Positions 1 to 14,910 of a stretch of 64,000 nucleotides of DNA are shown here, piece after piece; the stretch's first letter is position 1; every line of letters starts with the position of its first letter. The position numbers and the translations under genes were made by a program. Below the pieces are notes generated by a model. The model worked only from the letters and a program-made list of their open reading frames with translations, ran no database searches and was not told where the DNA came from. Location of the stretch: assembly GCF_009914755.1 (NCBI RefSeq), contig NC_060936.1. One strand, 5' to 3'. The stretch comes from the human T2T-CHM13v2.0 reference genome, Homo sapiens.

Positions 1-1650
1 ACAAAACTGCCCTATTTCCCTCCACAGCCCCACTTATAGTAAACAAGTGATAAGCTCCATTTATCACTGAGCAACAAACATCAACAGCCTGATTCTAGGG
101 GAGCGGGAGGGGCATGGAGAAATACCCCATTGTGGCACAGGCATGCAGGGACTGCTGAAATCTGAGAGTGGTAAAGAAACAATGAGGACCAATTCAGCAC
201 TCCAGGGCTCACACAAAGCATAAGGTAATAGCGTACTATCACTGAAGGAATCTGAAGTTTGTAGTGCAGTGCACTGAAGGTGACTCTTGCAACAACAAAA
301 CCTCACTCAACTAGATTGACTCAACTCTCCTCACTACTGACCTGATGGAATGGAAGAGGCATGTAGGCATAATACTACTTACCTCAGTTTCCACTGTCAT
401 TTTATACACAATGTATGGCATTCAATAAACAAATAAAATAAAATAAAATCCCATTGTCAGGAAATAAGGCAATCAATGAAGCTAAGCTTGATTCAGATGT
501 CAGAATGATGCAATAGGGATTTTTAAATAACTCTAATTAATAGATTAAAGCAGAATCTACTACAAAAGATGTATCAAAAGAAAATACAAAGGGAAAAAAG
601 AGTGAGGAAAAACAAATCTAGCATTCGAGAGCTGCAGGACAATATCAAAGGATCTATCACACATGTAATTAGAGTTCCAAAAGGATAAAAGAAAGAACAG
701 AGAAGAATATTTAAATATGTTATGGCTAAGAATTTTCCAAAAGTTACAAAAAAAAAAAAAACAACAAAACACAAATCAACAATGTTCAGAGAACCCATGA
801 AGAATAAATACAAAAACAAAAATGAAACCCCACATACTTAGATACGTCATAGTCAAATTTCCGAAAACCAAAGATTGAAAGAGAAAAATTTTAATTAAGC
901 TTGTGGGGGAAGGAAATCAGATACAACAGAAGATCAAAGTCATTATATAGGATTTATAACCAATTTTTTGGCAGAAACTATGCAAGCCAAAAGTTAATAA
1001 AGTGACACCTTAGAGCAGGGGTCCCCAACCCCCAGACCACAGACTGGTACCTGTCCATGTCCAGTTAGGAACCAGGCCACACAGCAGGAGGTGAGCAGCA
1101 GAGTGAACCATCATTACTGCCTGAGCTCTGCTTCCTATCAGATCAGCAGCAGCATTAGATTCTCAAAGGAGCATGAACCCTATTGTGAACTGCGCATGGG
1201 AGGGATCTAGGATGCACACTTCTTATGAGAATCTAATGCCTGATGATCTGAGGTAGAACAATTTCATCCCAAAACTATTCTCCCACTGTCCCCAGCCTGT
1301 GGAAAAATTATCTTCCACGAAACTGATCCCTGGTGCCAAAAAGGTTGCGGACTGCTGCCTTAAAGTATGGAAAGAAAAAAAACTATTAACTTAGAGTACT
1401 ATATATAAATTAAATATCTTTCAAAAATGAAGGCAAAACAATGTCTATTTTAGGGAGTAAAAGCCAAGAGAATTTATTACCAGCAAATGTGAACTGTAAG
1501 AAATGTTAAAGAAAGATCTTTGGGCAAAAGGAATATAATCTCAGTAGAAATTTGGATCTACACAATGAAATAGAGAGTACCGGAAATGGTGAAAACAATG
1601 ACAAGTAAGAGATATTTTTGCTATTAATTCCTTTAAAAGGCAATTCACTA
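1..1650 (+). mobile_element. Old L1 (L1M-type) 5' region/ORF1 remnant, interrupted by MER1B
   Basis: A-rich decayed ORF1-like sequence (ggacaatatcaaag...ttagagttccaaaagga...aattttccaaaa; gcagaaactatgcaagcc; atatctttcaaaaatgaaggc). Confidence 0.7.
1016..1357 (+). mobile_element. MER1B-like hAT-Charlie non-autonomous DNA transposon
   Basis: TIRs CAGGGGTCCCCAACC / GGTTGCGGACTGCTG, about 340 bp. 8-bp TSD ccttagag (1008-1015) / ccttaaag (1358-1365). Confidence 0.9.
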
Positions 1651-1759
1651 CCTAAAGTATGCTTTCTCAATCACCATTTCTGAAACACCATCACCATTAT
1701 TTCTGCATTTCTTTCTGTATTTTAAATGTTTCTACTTTGTTAATAAATCACTTTTAAAA

Positions 1760-4700
1760 TTAAAATCGATTTCTTTTGAAAACAAAATTTACCAATTCAT
1801 TATATTTTTTATTCCAAGTTTATAAAGTTTGTAAATTACCAGTTAAGCCTCTAAAAAGCAATTTCCCCTTAGATAATATTAATTATGGATGTCTGAGGAG
1901 AAAAATGCAATCTACCAAGGAGCAATATATTTCATTTCTCAAAAGCCTGTGAGATAAAACACAAGAGGGAAATGAGAGCTCTGTCCACCTTAATGGAAGG
2001 ACTAAAGAGTAAGAACAGTGAATAGAATCTTATTTCAACTTTTATATTTTAAAAAGAAATTTTTTTAGAGAGCTCTCATCCCAAACAACTATCTTAATGG
2101 TACCTATGGTAAGATCTAATTGAAAAGAGGACACAGAAGAGTGTAACTGCTAGCTTTTAGGGGTTTCCTTAAAAAAGATGTAAAGAATAGAAATTAGAAC
2201 AAAAGCCAAATTACACATCCACTATAATTCCTCCTTCTCCACCTACTTCTAACCTCCCTTTATCTCCAATTCCCTGTCCCTGGCCCTCCAGAAGGTCTTC
2301 TGGATATCTGGACCCCTAGCTTAAACTTAACCCTCTCCTCAAAATCTGGTCCCATCCCCTCAACAGATTCCTTTAACACCTAAAACTCCTCCAACTTTCC
2401 CAGAAAATCCTTTAAACGTTCAACTGCTCGCTTTAACTTCCCTGCAAGATTTACAAAAAGCACTCTTGCCTGATCTCCAGGCATACAGGTTACTTGTGTA
2501 AAAGTTGACAGCCAGGAAATCAGTCGAACACGGATTCAGGGGACTTGCAGCCTGGCAGGCTCTGCTCTACCTTACAACTCCTCTTACTTCCGTGGGGCTC
2601 TGTAGTAAAACTTCATCAGCTCCAGGACGTCCCAAATTTTGGACCCCCACAGCAAAAAAAAAAAAAAAAAAAATTCCGTAGACTGTCCTACACTTAAAGA
2701 GAAAAAAAGCTTTAAAAGTTACCCTAGATCTCTAATAAGCAAATACTCATCCAAAACTCCTTCTTAGAGAAAACCTACATTTTCTTCCAGTCCCTTGGAA
2801 TTGTAAATCTTACTACGTCTCTGAAATGTAAATATCTAAGGAGTTAACTAAAACAATGTCTACACCCATATGAGACTAAAAAAAAGAAGAAAGGGGGAAA
2901 AAGGCTCTTTATTTTAAATATCAACTGCTATAAAAAGTCCTATACCCCAAATTTAGTCCACATCCCCCATAAGATTACTTAGCAAGGGCAAATGGCAATT
3001 TTTAATGTATTCTCCACAGATATGGGTAAAAAAAAATTGGCCATCTAAGCAGGTAACCTTAACTTATCCCATGTGCAAAAACATAATTTGGATCCAACTG
3101 CCCTTTTATAAACTAGTGAGCTTTATATTATTGTACCTGTCTTATCGTTAAAATTTTTAAATGAAAGCTATAAGATTTATTTGTGTCTGTCTATATGTTC
3201 ACATATGTTTATCCATGTGTACATCTATGTTTACATGGTATAAAACTCCTTTTAAAAAGTTATTTTAAAGTTGGGCATAGCGATAAATCAGTACTCATAT
3301 AAACCAAATACTCCTAAAATTGCTAGAACTATAGAAACTAACCCAAATGTTTTTCAAGTTTACATGACTTGTGTGCTCTTTGGTAAATAAGATTACTTTA
3401 ACATTGTTAGATTAATGAAAACAGCTCTGTCTTCTGAGTTAGCAGCAAACAAAACAAAACAAAAATATGTATTTAACTTCAGAGTTCTTGCTTTGGCAAT
3501 AATTGTCTCACATGTATGTGCTGCAAAAATAGTTAACAGGAAAATAATTTGAGATAATGACTAGCTTTGATGTTTTATGAAATTTTCATGAGTAATCCAA
3601 GCATAATTGTTAAGAACAAGTAAATTAAATAGATGTAAGTAGAATAAAATTGTATAACTGTATTTTTAAATAAGAATTTTGTTTTATGATATGTTTACTT
3701 TAGATGTTTCTCAAATCTCTTCGGTAACTACATTCTTAGGGTGTTGCTAAGTTAAATTAAATGATGGGTATTCGTTGCATATCTAGATCATTTCCAAGTG
3801 AAGTAAAATACTGAAACATTAATCGCTGAACATAAGGTTTAACTTTACCTACTTTTGGCTTCTTATTACAAAGGAACTAAAATACCTGGGTCTGTTAGTA
3901 AATATTTCCTGTTTGACACTGAAAAATTGTTCTAAGAGGAAGCATATGTTTCTAGAAATTATGAAAAGTGTATTTATAAAATGTTACATAACAATTTGAA
4001 ACTATTTACCTCTTAGGTTTTCACTAGAAAATAAGGTTACTAAGAGTTAAAATTTCTAACTAAGTATATAAAATGATAAGAGAAACAACACTATATGCAA
4101 ATATAAAAGGAAAGTAAGATGTTAAATGGTATGAACATGTGGAGTTTTTTGTTAAAGAAGAGTAATTTTGTCTAGTTTAGAGATTACTTAAAGGTTGTTT
4201 CAGAATGAAGGAAGAAAGGATATAGATAAAACTTAATGATGATAGAAAGGTGGGAAGAGATAGAAAGTGAAAGAAAATCTTATGCTCAAACTGACTATAA
4301 TTGAATGAATTTATTATAAAGGTATTAAAATGAGCCTTAATATCAAAAGTATACTGAAACAAAACTAGAATTTGATCTTCTCCTTTAAACTGTCAAGACT
4401 TTCTTGGAGTATTGATAAGAGATAGCGAAAATTTTTTCTTCGCCTTTTAAGTTAAACAAAAACTTGTGTCTTACCAAAATAATTTATTGTGCTTCATATT
4501 GTCTTTTATTAGGTCTTTAATTAAGAAAACTGAGTCTTTTCAATATGAAAAGAGCTAAGGTTTTTCATACAACTATGTCAATTTCTGCATTTGCCTTGAA
4601 GTCTTTTAATTGTCACTCTGGTTAAATGAATGATATAGTAACTTTTGATACTATTTACTCAAGTGTTTTAAACTTTTGTTATATTGACAAACATTTTCTA

Positions 4701-5060
4701 AAATCAAATTCAAAATTAAATATTTTTGACCTTGAACCAACTTTGGGACATCCCACAGGGACCAAGAACTCTCAAAAGATCTATAAAAAATAACTATTAA
4801 AATAGGCTTATTTAATACGTTAAATTACATGGAAAGTACTGTCAAATAAGAAATGATGTTTAACCTTCTTTGAATTATGTGAGCATATTAACATGTGTTC
4901 CAGAAATTGTATGAAATTCCTAAAAATATGATATGTCTTCGCATAATGCTATTAGTCATAATTTTGGTTATTATATTAAAATGGTATGTACTATAGAAAT
5001 AAGCAAATTTTCTTATCAATCATGCCTTGCTTTTCTCTTCTTAATTTGTCTCCTGTTACC
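1760..5060 (+). mobile_element. Decayed ERV1 (MER4-group-like) internal sequence, no LTR recognised
   Basis: Pyrimidine-rich gag-like segment (~2200-2600) followed by long AT-rich sequence resembling MER4-group internals (e.g. aatgaaaacagctctgtcttctgagtt). Subfamily uncertain. Confidence 0.55.
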
Positions 5061-5119
5061 TGATCTGTCTCAACTACAAATGTATGAGGGTTGAGGAAAA
5101 ATTGTATTTCCCCCCAACA

Positions 5120-5570
5120 CTAATAATTAGTACCAGAAAGAGTCTGGAAACAATCCCTAAATATTTGGAAATTAAACAACATCCTTCTAAATAACCTATG
5201 GATCAAAGAAGAAATCACAAAGAAAATCAGCAAATATTTTCAATTCAGCGAAAATAACAAAACAGCATATCAAGATTTGTAGGATACTGTTAAAGCTATG
5301 CGTAGAGAGATATTTGTAGTATTAAAAAACAAGAAAGTTTTGAAACAGTAATCAAAGTTTGTACTTTAGGGAAGAGGTGAAAATTCAACCCAAAGCAAGC
5401 AGAAAGAAAGAAATAATAAAGATTAGAGCATAAATCAATGAAATTAATAGAAAAAAGTCAATGAAACTAAAAACTGGTTGTTTGAAAGGATCAGTAAAAC
5501 TAATCAAGAAAATAAAAGATAAGATAGAAATTACCAGTACTGGGAATGAAAGAAGGGACATCAGTACAGT
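5120..5570 (+). mobile_element. L1 ORF2 fragment (just after the endonuclease domain)
   Basis: aatatttggaaattaaacaac...ctaaataacctatggatcaaagaagaaatcaca encodes decayed 'IWKLNN.LLNN.WIKEEI'. Confidence 0.8.
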
Positions 5571-5739
5571 TCTTGTTTATTCATTATGATGTGCTAATGC
5601 TAGTTATCTTTTCATGGGCTCATCTTATGTTCTCCACTATTCCACATTATCTAACTCTGGAAGAGGAAAAATGATGAGAAAAGGTAGGAGAGACATAAGA
5701 GGTAACAAACACAAACTTCCCTAATGCTTTCATCTTGAT

Positions 5740-6150
5740 CATCTTGCTTAACCTCACTTCTAATTCTCACAACATCTTTTCGAGATGAGACAACTGAAGA
5801 TCCCTGGTCAAATCGACTTGTCCAAAGTCACACAGCTAGTACGTGGCAGAGCAACAATTTTATCTTTTCATCTGACCCTTCCATGTCAATACAGTAATAG
5901 CAGCAATAGTAACTGAGGTGTATTGAGGACTAATTGCCAAGCTGTGTTCTAAGGAAATTGCAAATATTCTCTTACTTTTTAGTTCTCACAGCCCTACAAG
6001 GTAGTATGCTATTATCCTTAAATTACAGATGAGGAAACTGATGTACAAAAACATTCACTAACCCAAGGTTGCACAGCTGGTAAGATGCAGAGACGAGATT
6101 CAAATCCAACAAGTCTAATGAGATTCCAGCTTTCAACCTCCACATTATAA
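5740..6150 (-). mobile_element. Two MIR fragments
   Basis: MIR core in reverse: ttacagatgaggaaactga...aaggttgcacagctggtaag...agattcaaatcc. Confidence 0.7.
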
Positions 6151-7084
6151 TGAATTCCAGGAAGGATTTAGAGAAGAAAAGAAAATGTTGGGCATGAGAC
6201 ATGCCCATGGCAAATTTGTTAATTGGACAGGACTACATATGGCTACCCATCCATTACCAACACCACCACTGCCATCACCATTCGCCCCCAGCCCCGCCCT
6301 CCCCTGTTCTCCTGCTTTTTTCCAACTCTGAAGCTGTACCACCACAGCATCTCATCTGAGGCATTCGATCGTTCAGAGACAGATTTCCCTAACGGCACTC
6401 TCTCCACTCACACAATTTACAAAATTCTCCCTTTGCCTCTTAGGCCTGTGCTTAAGGAGCCCATATGATAAATTAAAGCTTACTGGAGTACTTAGTCACT
6501 TCCTTCAGGAAAACATTTACATTTACAGAGATACAATGCCTCATCCCTTAAAGGAAGGAGTAGGATATTGTGAGAGACTCTTCTAACTATCCATATAAAC
6601 AGTTGACTATTCTGTCTACCCATAAAAATGCTATCAGCCAGAGAGGCAGTCCAGGAGCCTGAGCACAGAGTCTAGAGACCTGGAAAAGGAAGGAAGAAAG
6701 GGCAGAATGCATTAAAGTAAGAATGCAAGAAACAAAGAAAGAAAAAGAATTATACCATTTAAGAGAAACAGTAGCAAGGTTAAAAATTCCAATGCCCACA
6801 GGAGCCAGGCAGATAACAAAATGATTGAAGCCGACCAGGCATAACCAACTGTACATAGCATCTCTCGATTGGAAAGCTGAAACCCAGGTACCCGGGAACA
6901 GTAACTACTCAGCTCCAGCAGTCCGGGGTGACTTGTGGGAAAATGAGACCAGCGTTGCCACATCCTACAATTTGCTAAGAAAAGTTAGAAATCTTTACTT
7001 CTAATTTTTAAACATTAGCAACTAATTCAATTGAAAAAAAAAATTGTATAACTGGATATTGTCTATGAGATATTAGTCGGTATT

Positions 7085-7300
7085 GGTATCTTTTGTGGTA
7101 TAACAGAGATCACAGAACACAAGCTCTGGTGTGGGAAAACCTGGGCATGAATCTTGCCTCTGCTGTTTCCTAACTTTGGAAAGTCTCTCCTCAAGTTCTC
7201 TCAGCTTTATTTTTCCCATTTAAAACCACGTTAATGTGAAAATTGAATGAGCAAGGTATACAAGGACACAATAAGCAAGTAATAAGTGTTCACTTCTGGT
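7085..7300 (+). mobile_element. MIR
   Basis: ctgggcatgaatcttgcctctgct...aactttggaaagtctct. Confidence 0.55.
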
Positions 7301-7349
7301 TATCTCATTCTGAAAATCCATGAAAATGGAACTTTTGTTTATCAAACAC

Positions 7350-8300
7350 CACTGTTGTGAGTGACAAAAACAGGCCACATAATGGGAACAGATATTTGCA
7401 TACATATATCCAATAAGGGATTTGTACCCAGAATACATAAAGAACTTCTACATGTTGCTAAGAAATAGATAATCCAGTAGAAAAATGAACAGAAGACTAG
7501 AATACTTCAAGAAAAACAACATCCAAGTAATCAATAAATAGCCAAAGTGCTCAACTCCCTTAATCATCAGGGAAATACAAATTAAACCATAATGCAGTAT
7601 CTCTACACACCCATCAAAGTGGCAAAAATGAAAAAAGATGGAAAATGCCAAGCATTGGCCAAAATGTGGAGAAACCAGAACTCCCACATAGTTCTGGTAA
7701 GCTATAAACAGGTACAGGTATTTTGGAAAAACTGCTTGTGGCATCTGCTAGAGCTGAGCATAGGTATCCGGTATGACCCAGCAACTCTACTCCCAAGTCT
7801 ATGCCCAACAGAAACACACATATGTGCACCAAAAGACACATACAGGGAGGTTCAGAGCAACACTATTTATAACAGCCTCAACTGGAAGCTGCCCAAGTGA
7901 TTATAAGCAATAAAATGGATAAATGCATTTTGGTATAGTCACCCAATGGAATATTATATAGCAATGAGAATGAACAAACTACAACTACACATGACCACAC
8001 AAGTGAATCCCACAAATATAATGTTGAAAATGGAAGCCAGATACCAGAGTATATATGTATTGTATTCTTCTATTTATATTAAGTTCAAAAATAAAATAAT
8101 TCTTGCGTTAGAAGTTGGATCATGGCCAACCCTAGGGAGGCACTAATGGAGAGCATGGGGACTGGAGTTTCCTGGGGTGCTGATAATGTTTTTCCTTCAT
8201 CTGGGTATTGGTTGCATGGAAGATGCAGGAAGCTGTATATTTATGGCACACACACCTTTCTATCTGTATATTATACTTTGGTTTTAAAAGTTTTAAAAGA
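7350..8300 (+). mobile_element. L1ME-type 3' end fragment
   Basis: ORF2 C-terminus (cagggaaatacaaattaaaccataatg; tatgacccagcaactctactcc) plus an old 3' UTR. Explains ORFs 7448-7900. Confidence 0.8.
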
Positions 8301-11300
8301 GGCAGCATAGTCACATAATACGCACACCAGCAGATTCCCTGCAGGTCATCTTGTTTGTCCCTCTGCTCTCAGGCCAGACTACATTCAGTTCAGGTCAAGC
8401 ATATGTAACACTCTGGCTCAGTCGGAGACTAACCTGCGAGGTGAGTTCTCATCTGAAGGAAGCACAGGAGGCCAAGCTAACAAAAGACAAGGCTTCCAAA
8501 AAACAAGGCAGTAAGCCTTGAAAAGCAAGGCTGGCATTCGGCAGCACAGCCCAAGGCAGGATGGAGGCCTAACAATGGCTGCACAATTCTCAGGAGATCA
8601 GAAGAGCAGAGTTGAGCAGGAGATGATTACCATGGAGCAGGTTGCCAACAAGGCGTGTACCTAGAGAGCCAGCCCTGTCAGCTGGAGGGCTAATTTCTGC
8701 TCTCAACTCTGCCAAGCTGACCACTGGCCCTGCCCCTTCCTCCCTGGACTTAGAGAAAGATGTCAGGCTTTCCTGGTCCCTCAGGAGACGGATGAAAGGC
8801 AAACAAATGTGGGTGTTCTTAGTAGTGTCATGGGCAGGTGCAGGGATGCCAGAGAGAAAGTTCCGAGGCTTTAATTAAAGCTCACAGTGCTTGCTTCTCT
8901 GGAAGACAGCCTGGAAAATCCCAATGACAGAAGAAGCCAGGCAAGACAGCAAAAGTCTCTCCTTGGTGAACCTAAGAGACAGGGCCAACGTGGTTTCTGC
9001 ATGCAAAATCACAAATGTTCCTGTCCTCCACCCTCAACCTCCAAGATACTATAAATGGACTATGGTGAATAAGGAGTGAGTATTGGAGAGAAAGAAAGGA
9101 AATGAAACATTTATTCAGCATCTATATGTGCCAAGCCTTAAGCGAAATGCTTTATACACAGTATCTCATCTAATGCTTCCCAAACTTTCTAAGGCAAGTT
9201 AAAAGTTAGAATTAGGATTAGATTCAGATGGTGAAACAGTTGATGGTATCTCAGTCTTTAAAAACAAACTCTTTGGGATAAATATTCTGTGAATTCAAGA
9301 CTCGAGCTACTTGTCCGCATGGGCCCTTCCCCCCCATCTGCTTTATAAGGTAGCAGCTAGGTGCAGGTGGAACTGAAATTTTATCCTTCTGATGGAAAAG
9401 TGGAGGGCCTCTCTGGCCCACAGGCTGTGGCTGGGAATTTTCTTGTCTAGACCCTGGAGGCTAAGCTTGTCTCTGCTGCTCTGAAGCTGAGCTGGGGTGT
9501 CCCTTCCTTGTTCCACCCCAGCCCCTTCCAGTCCACTTGTTCATGAGAACCTCAGGATCCTCCAGACGCCATATGTGGACTGTAGGGGGTGCAGCTACTA
9601 TGTCATGTCTGTGTACCGAGATGTGTCCCTCACCCTTCCTGACCTACTATCTGGGCAGTGCCAAGGCACCCTAACATCGTGCCAGACACTGGGCTTTTCT
9701 AAAGGACCTGTAATTTTCTAAGGGTGTTCTCTTGCAAACACTGTGCCCTAGGATTCACCCCAAAATATCTTTGTTCCTACCTCCCCTTGCTTCCAAACCC
9801 ATTCTCACAGCCGCATGGTTTCACCCCAAGGGCAAGAATAATCAGTCCTCAACCCTCCCCTTCTCTTCCTCTCCTTCTGAGGATCTTCCCTCATTGGAAA
9901 GGCTTGTTCTCCCTTCCTGGCTGGTGGGAATTTCACCAGGTCATATTCCCGCCACCCCATTCCCAGGGAGTGTTTGTCTTCTCTTCCTTTCCCTAGGGGC
10001 AAAAGGAAAAAGAGCAGAAGTGTTGTTGGAAGAGAAGAGAGTCTATATCAAAAGGGATTTCAAAATTTTTGTGAGCAGAGACATTTCATATTCATTAAAC
10101 AATGCCACTAGTCAGTCTCCTTTCTCAAGACCCACAATTCAGGAATCATGGCCCTTCTCTCCAGTGAGCACAGACGTGCACGGAGGACTCACAGCCACAG
10201 CCCCTCAGACCTGGGCCCCTCTCCTCAGCCCTCTACTACCAGCTCTTGCCTTCTCATCACCAGCCTGGCCACCGAGGGACTGACCCATGCCTGTACAGTA
10301 GGTCTCCTGACTGGCTGTGGAACGACAGCAGCTGGATTGTCACCACTCTGCCAAAACCAACAGCAGGACCCTGGCTGTCTGCCCCTGAGCTGGGTACGGG
10401 CCAGCAGACACAGTAGCCACTCCTCAGATCAACAGTGGGCTGAGGAGTTCTTAAGAACTGGGGAATTCTTGAGAACTCACAAGGGCTCTGAGTTCTTGAT
10501 CCTCCCAGGAAGGACAAGAAAAGGCCTCTTGCTAAAAAGCACATTTTGCTGCTATGGAGCTAGTTCAGAAAGTACAGTAACAAGAGGGCTGGGCTCGGGA
10601 TGGCAGCGCTGTGGAAGCTGGGCTTAGCTTATGTCCTGACAGCTGGAAACAACACAGCAAATGGGATGAGAACTGCTCAAAAATTCCAGAAAGGCAGAGG
10701 AAGAAAACACACCATTTGCAAGGAGAGGACCCTAGATTTACGACACTCTCCTGTGCTGTGCCACTTTTAAGAAGAGGTTCCCTCTCTCCAACCAATCCTC
10801 TCTTTAAGAAGGTTTCCAAATAAAGAGCCATCGTATGGAGCAAGGGAGGCTGCAGAGCCAGGCTGATGGGGTACAGGTGGGACCAGGAACCAGGACTGGC
10901 TGGCCTGGCGTGGCCTGTCACTGGCTCTGCAAGCAGCAGACGCATTCAGAGGAGCAAACAGGCCCAAAGACCAAGAAAGAGAGCCAGGGGCCAGACGAGC
11001 AAACACTGAGTTCAGGATGAACCAGAGAAATGAGGTGCAAGTGACACTTAGGTAAGTAAGTAAGGCATACAAGAGATGAGAGCTAGGAAAGTAAATTACA
11101 GCAAGAAAAACAAAGCAGGCAGAAACCGAGTCACAGCATTGGCAGAATCCTCATCTGAATCCAAGAGAAACGGTAAAGGCAAGTCCTGATTCCAGGTCTC
11201 CCTACCTACCTGTACATTCCTATCCGTGGGTGGTGGATGGACCTCCATTAACAGCCACACCTCCCCATCCAGAAGGAGAGGAAGATCTCAGAGTAAAATA

Positions 11301-11399
11301 AAATCGCTCCATTTCTGCGTGCACCCTTCATTCTAGGTACTCTGCTGAATGTTTTGCACGCATGATCCCTTAGGATCCTCACAAGAATCTAAGTGGATA

Positions 11400-11575
11400 C
11401 AGGTGTTTGCAAACAAATGGCTTGTGAAGGGTCCTTTCCCTGGGTATTATACACAGCCCCACCTAAGGGCAGAAAGCGTGGAGAGCAGTGTGGTCTATGT
11501 TTGAGCCTCCACTAACCCCTCGGCTGGGCACCTATGGGCAATGTACAAAATTCACAAGCCTGTGTGGCAGCCCGA
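11400..11575 (-). mobile_element. MER91A-like hAT-Tip100 element inserted in a MIR (~11300-11730)
   Basis: cccctcggctgggcacc...tgtacaaaattcacaa...ggcagccc resembles the MER91A terminus. MIR halves flank it. Confidence 0.5.
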
Positions 11576-11899
11576 GAAGGAGAGATACTGTCTACATTTA
11601 ATAGATGAGAGAATGGAAGCTTAAAGGTGAAACATCTTGCCCAAGTTGACAAAGCCCTTAGGTTGCAGACCCAATATTCAAACTCTAATCTGTTGAGGGA
11701 GAAAAGCCCCTGCTCTTAACTACTAGGCCACATGACAGAAGCAGAGAGAAATGCCTTACAGGAGTTCATAGCACTGGAAATAGATTCCCAATGACCCTAA
11801 AATAGCCAAGAAACCCCATTTGCCAGTTATATGATTTGCCCCAGTTCATGGGATGGGAACCACAGAAAAGCAAAGTGAATCATATTCTTCCAGCTCATT

Positions 11900-12800
11900 G
11901 GTTTCCAATCTCATGAACCCACCAGTCTACTTGACATTTCCCCGTGAGTGGCTAACAAGGGTCCCAAGGTTAACAAGATCAAAGTGGAACTCTTGGTTTC
12001 CTTGTTGCACTGGAACAATTCCTCTTCTCCCCAGTCTTTCATATTTCAGCATACAGAACCACATCTAGTTGCTCAGGACAAAAACATGGAAGTAATCATC
12101 TTTGGCTTTTTTAAAAAATCAAATTCCACTTCCAATTCATCAGTAAATCCTATAGACGCTACTTTCAAAAATACACCAAATCCAACCATGTGTCACCATC
12201 TCCACCACCAATACCCTGGCCAAACACGGTCCCTGCAAAGACCTCCCTGCTTCTACCCTTGCCCCATGCAATCTTTTCACTACACTTCTGTCAGATTCTT
12301 TCTTCCTCTGCTCAGGATGATTTTCTGACTTTATATCACAGGTAGAAGAAAACCCAAAATACTTTTCAGGATCTACAAGGTCCTGTTGCATCTGGCCCCT
12401 CTTTGGCTCTGCTCCAGCTACATGAGGCACCTTACCATTCCTCAGACACACCACACCTGCTCCCACTTCCATGCCTCTGCCATGGTTGTGCCCTCTTCTC
12501 ATGCTCACTCCCCTACCTCCTCCATCTGCTCCAATGTCACCTCCTCAGAGAGGCCTTCTGTGATCACCCCATCCCAAATGGCCCCAACCTCTCTTCCTGC
12601 TTCGTCTTTCCTCATGACAATGATCACTACCTAACATTGCTTTCTAAATTTGTGTTTTTGTCCCTCTCCACTGCTAGAATGTAAGCTCCATGAGAGCAGA
12701 GACTTGTTCTGCCCTGTTCACTGTTGTATTCTTAGTGCCTAGAATGTGCTTGGTGCATAGCAGTGGCTTAATAAGCATTTGTTCAACGGATGACTAAATC
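11900..12800 (+). mobile_element. L2 (L2a-like) 3' portion
   Basis: aatgtcacctcctcagagaggccttct; ctagaatgtaagctccatgagagcagagac; tail aataagcatttgttcaacggatga. Confidence 0.85.
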
Positions 12801-13079
12801 CTCATCAAAACCCCATAAGGTGGGTTATAAAGCCTATCCCTGTTCTGTGCATGAGGCAAGCACAGCTCAGAGAGATTGAGTAAATTATGTAAGGTCACAC
12901 AGCTAATGAGAAGAATTCAGACTCAAAGCTACCTAATTTCAACCTATGCTTACCCATGACATGTGTCTTTTAAGTAACAGTGTAGATGATAATGTAGATT
13001 TAAGCCTCCCAGCTTAAAAAGTGTTATCATTTATTTTCTATTTTATAAAAAAATGGAAGATAACCCTAAGGTTCATCTA

Positions 13080-13482
<403 letters not shown>

Positions 13483-14504
13483 TTAAAAAGCAATAAAAGA
13501 AATTATTTAAACATCATCTGTTCATTAATAAACAGCATGAGAGCTTCCAAGTACATGTCAAACAGTGATTAGAGACACATGTTCATGCCCCAGCTAGCCC
13601 TGCAATCATCTGTAGCCTGGTGGTTTGGGTTTCATTGTTTTTATTCTCATTATTGAATATTGCTTTACTTTTTACCCACAACAGATTTTTTAATAAAGAG
13701 GAAAACATAAAGAACACTGATGGTGAAAAATATCATATTAATGCAGAGCAAAAAAAAATGACATGAAAGAAATCAATAAATTTTTCCTCTAGATGATGTT
13801 CACACAGATCCATAAACTGCATACAACTGATCAAAAGTATCACATGACAGAGAAAGAATTCCATTATGAAAACCCAATGTTAAAAGGGAAGGGAGTTATT
13901 ACATCAATTACATCCGACTGGCTTTTCATTATTGGTAAAGATTGTCTCCACCTACCAAGTGTAATCTACACAGAAGTCCTTGCCGTAGTCGCCTAAATCT
14001 TCTCTTTCAGCTTATCTTTTGGGAATAAAAGATAATTATTAGATTAAAAACCAGTTAAATGTTTAACTCAAGGGGCAAACATATCAAATTTCATGTGAAA
14101 ATAGTAGATTTTGTCTAATTTTTCGCTGTAATATGATGATAAATTTTAATCTAAGTTTTTATATACATCATTACCCAAACCAAAGATGATATACTCTGCT
14201 ATTTAAAAATGTATTTGTTGGAACATCTTGTTTTTTTCTTACATAATTTAATGTGATAGCATAAACAGCATGTGCCACACTTGTCAAAAAAGAAAAGGAT
14301 AGACTCGCCTTTATGTATAGTGAATATTATAAAAGACTGTATGCAAGTGAACTTTACAGTACAATATCCCCTAATATATAGATCTAAATTAAAATATTTT
14401 TGCTGAAAATCATTTCTTCATCATATACCACATAATATGGATGTTAATAGCCACTCCCAAGGGAGTCCAGGGGATTAAACACGTGCTGTCAAGAAGGGGG
14501 TTTG

Positions 14505-14910
14505 TGTGGAGCTGCTGACCCATTCGCTGCCTTGCTCCACCTGGCCTGTGCCCCAGGAGGCTGATGTCTGTGGACTGCAACAACCAGGCTCCCTGGCTAA
14601 TAGCAGGCATGAGCAGGAGTCAGCGGATGGGAGAGTAAAGAGAGTGGGGTGTTGATTTCCCCAGTTCCCTGGCTATGAAGTCCTGCCTTGGCAGTGGGTG
14701 CCACAGCTTCTGTCAGAGCTTTTCTCCCATGCACCAGCTCCGGCTACAGCCCTCTCTGGGTTCTGTAGTCACTCCTTCTCTTGTCCCTTCCTGCCAGAGG
14801 TGTTAACAGCCCTCCCATTGTTGCTTCCCCATTTTTTGTTGATTTCCTGTAGTCCTCAATTACCCATTTGAGCATGTCACCTCTTCCTTGCCAAGTCTCT
14901 AAATAATCCA
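14505..14910 (+). mobile_element. LTR33-like ERVL solo LTR
   Basis: ctgtgccccaggaggctgatgtctgtggactgca...cctcaattacccatttgagcatgtcacctcttcc matches my recollection of LTR33. Confidence 0.65.

Noticed and set aside
9732-11072. Cluster of overlapping 100-180 aa ORFs
   Set aside because: No recognisable domain or coherent splice structure. Expected by chance in ~50% GC intron.
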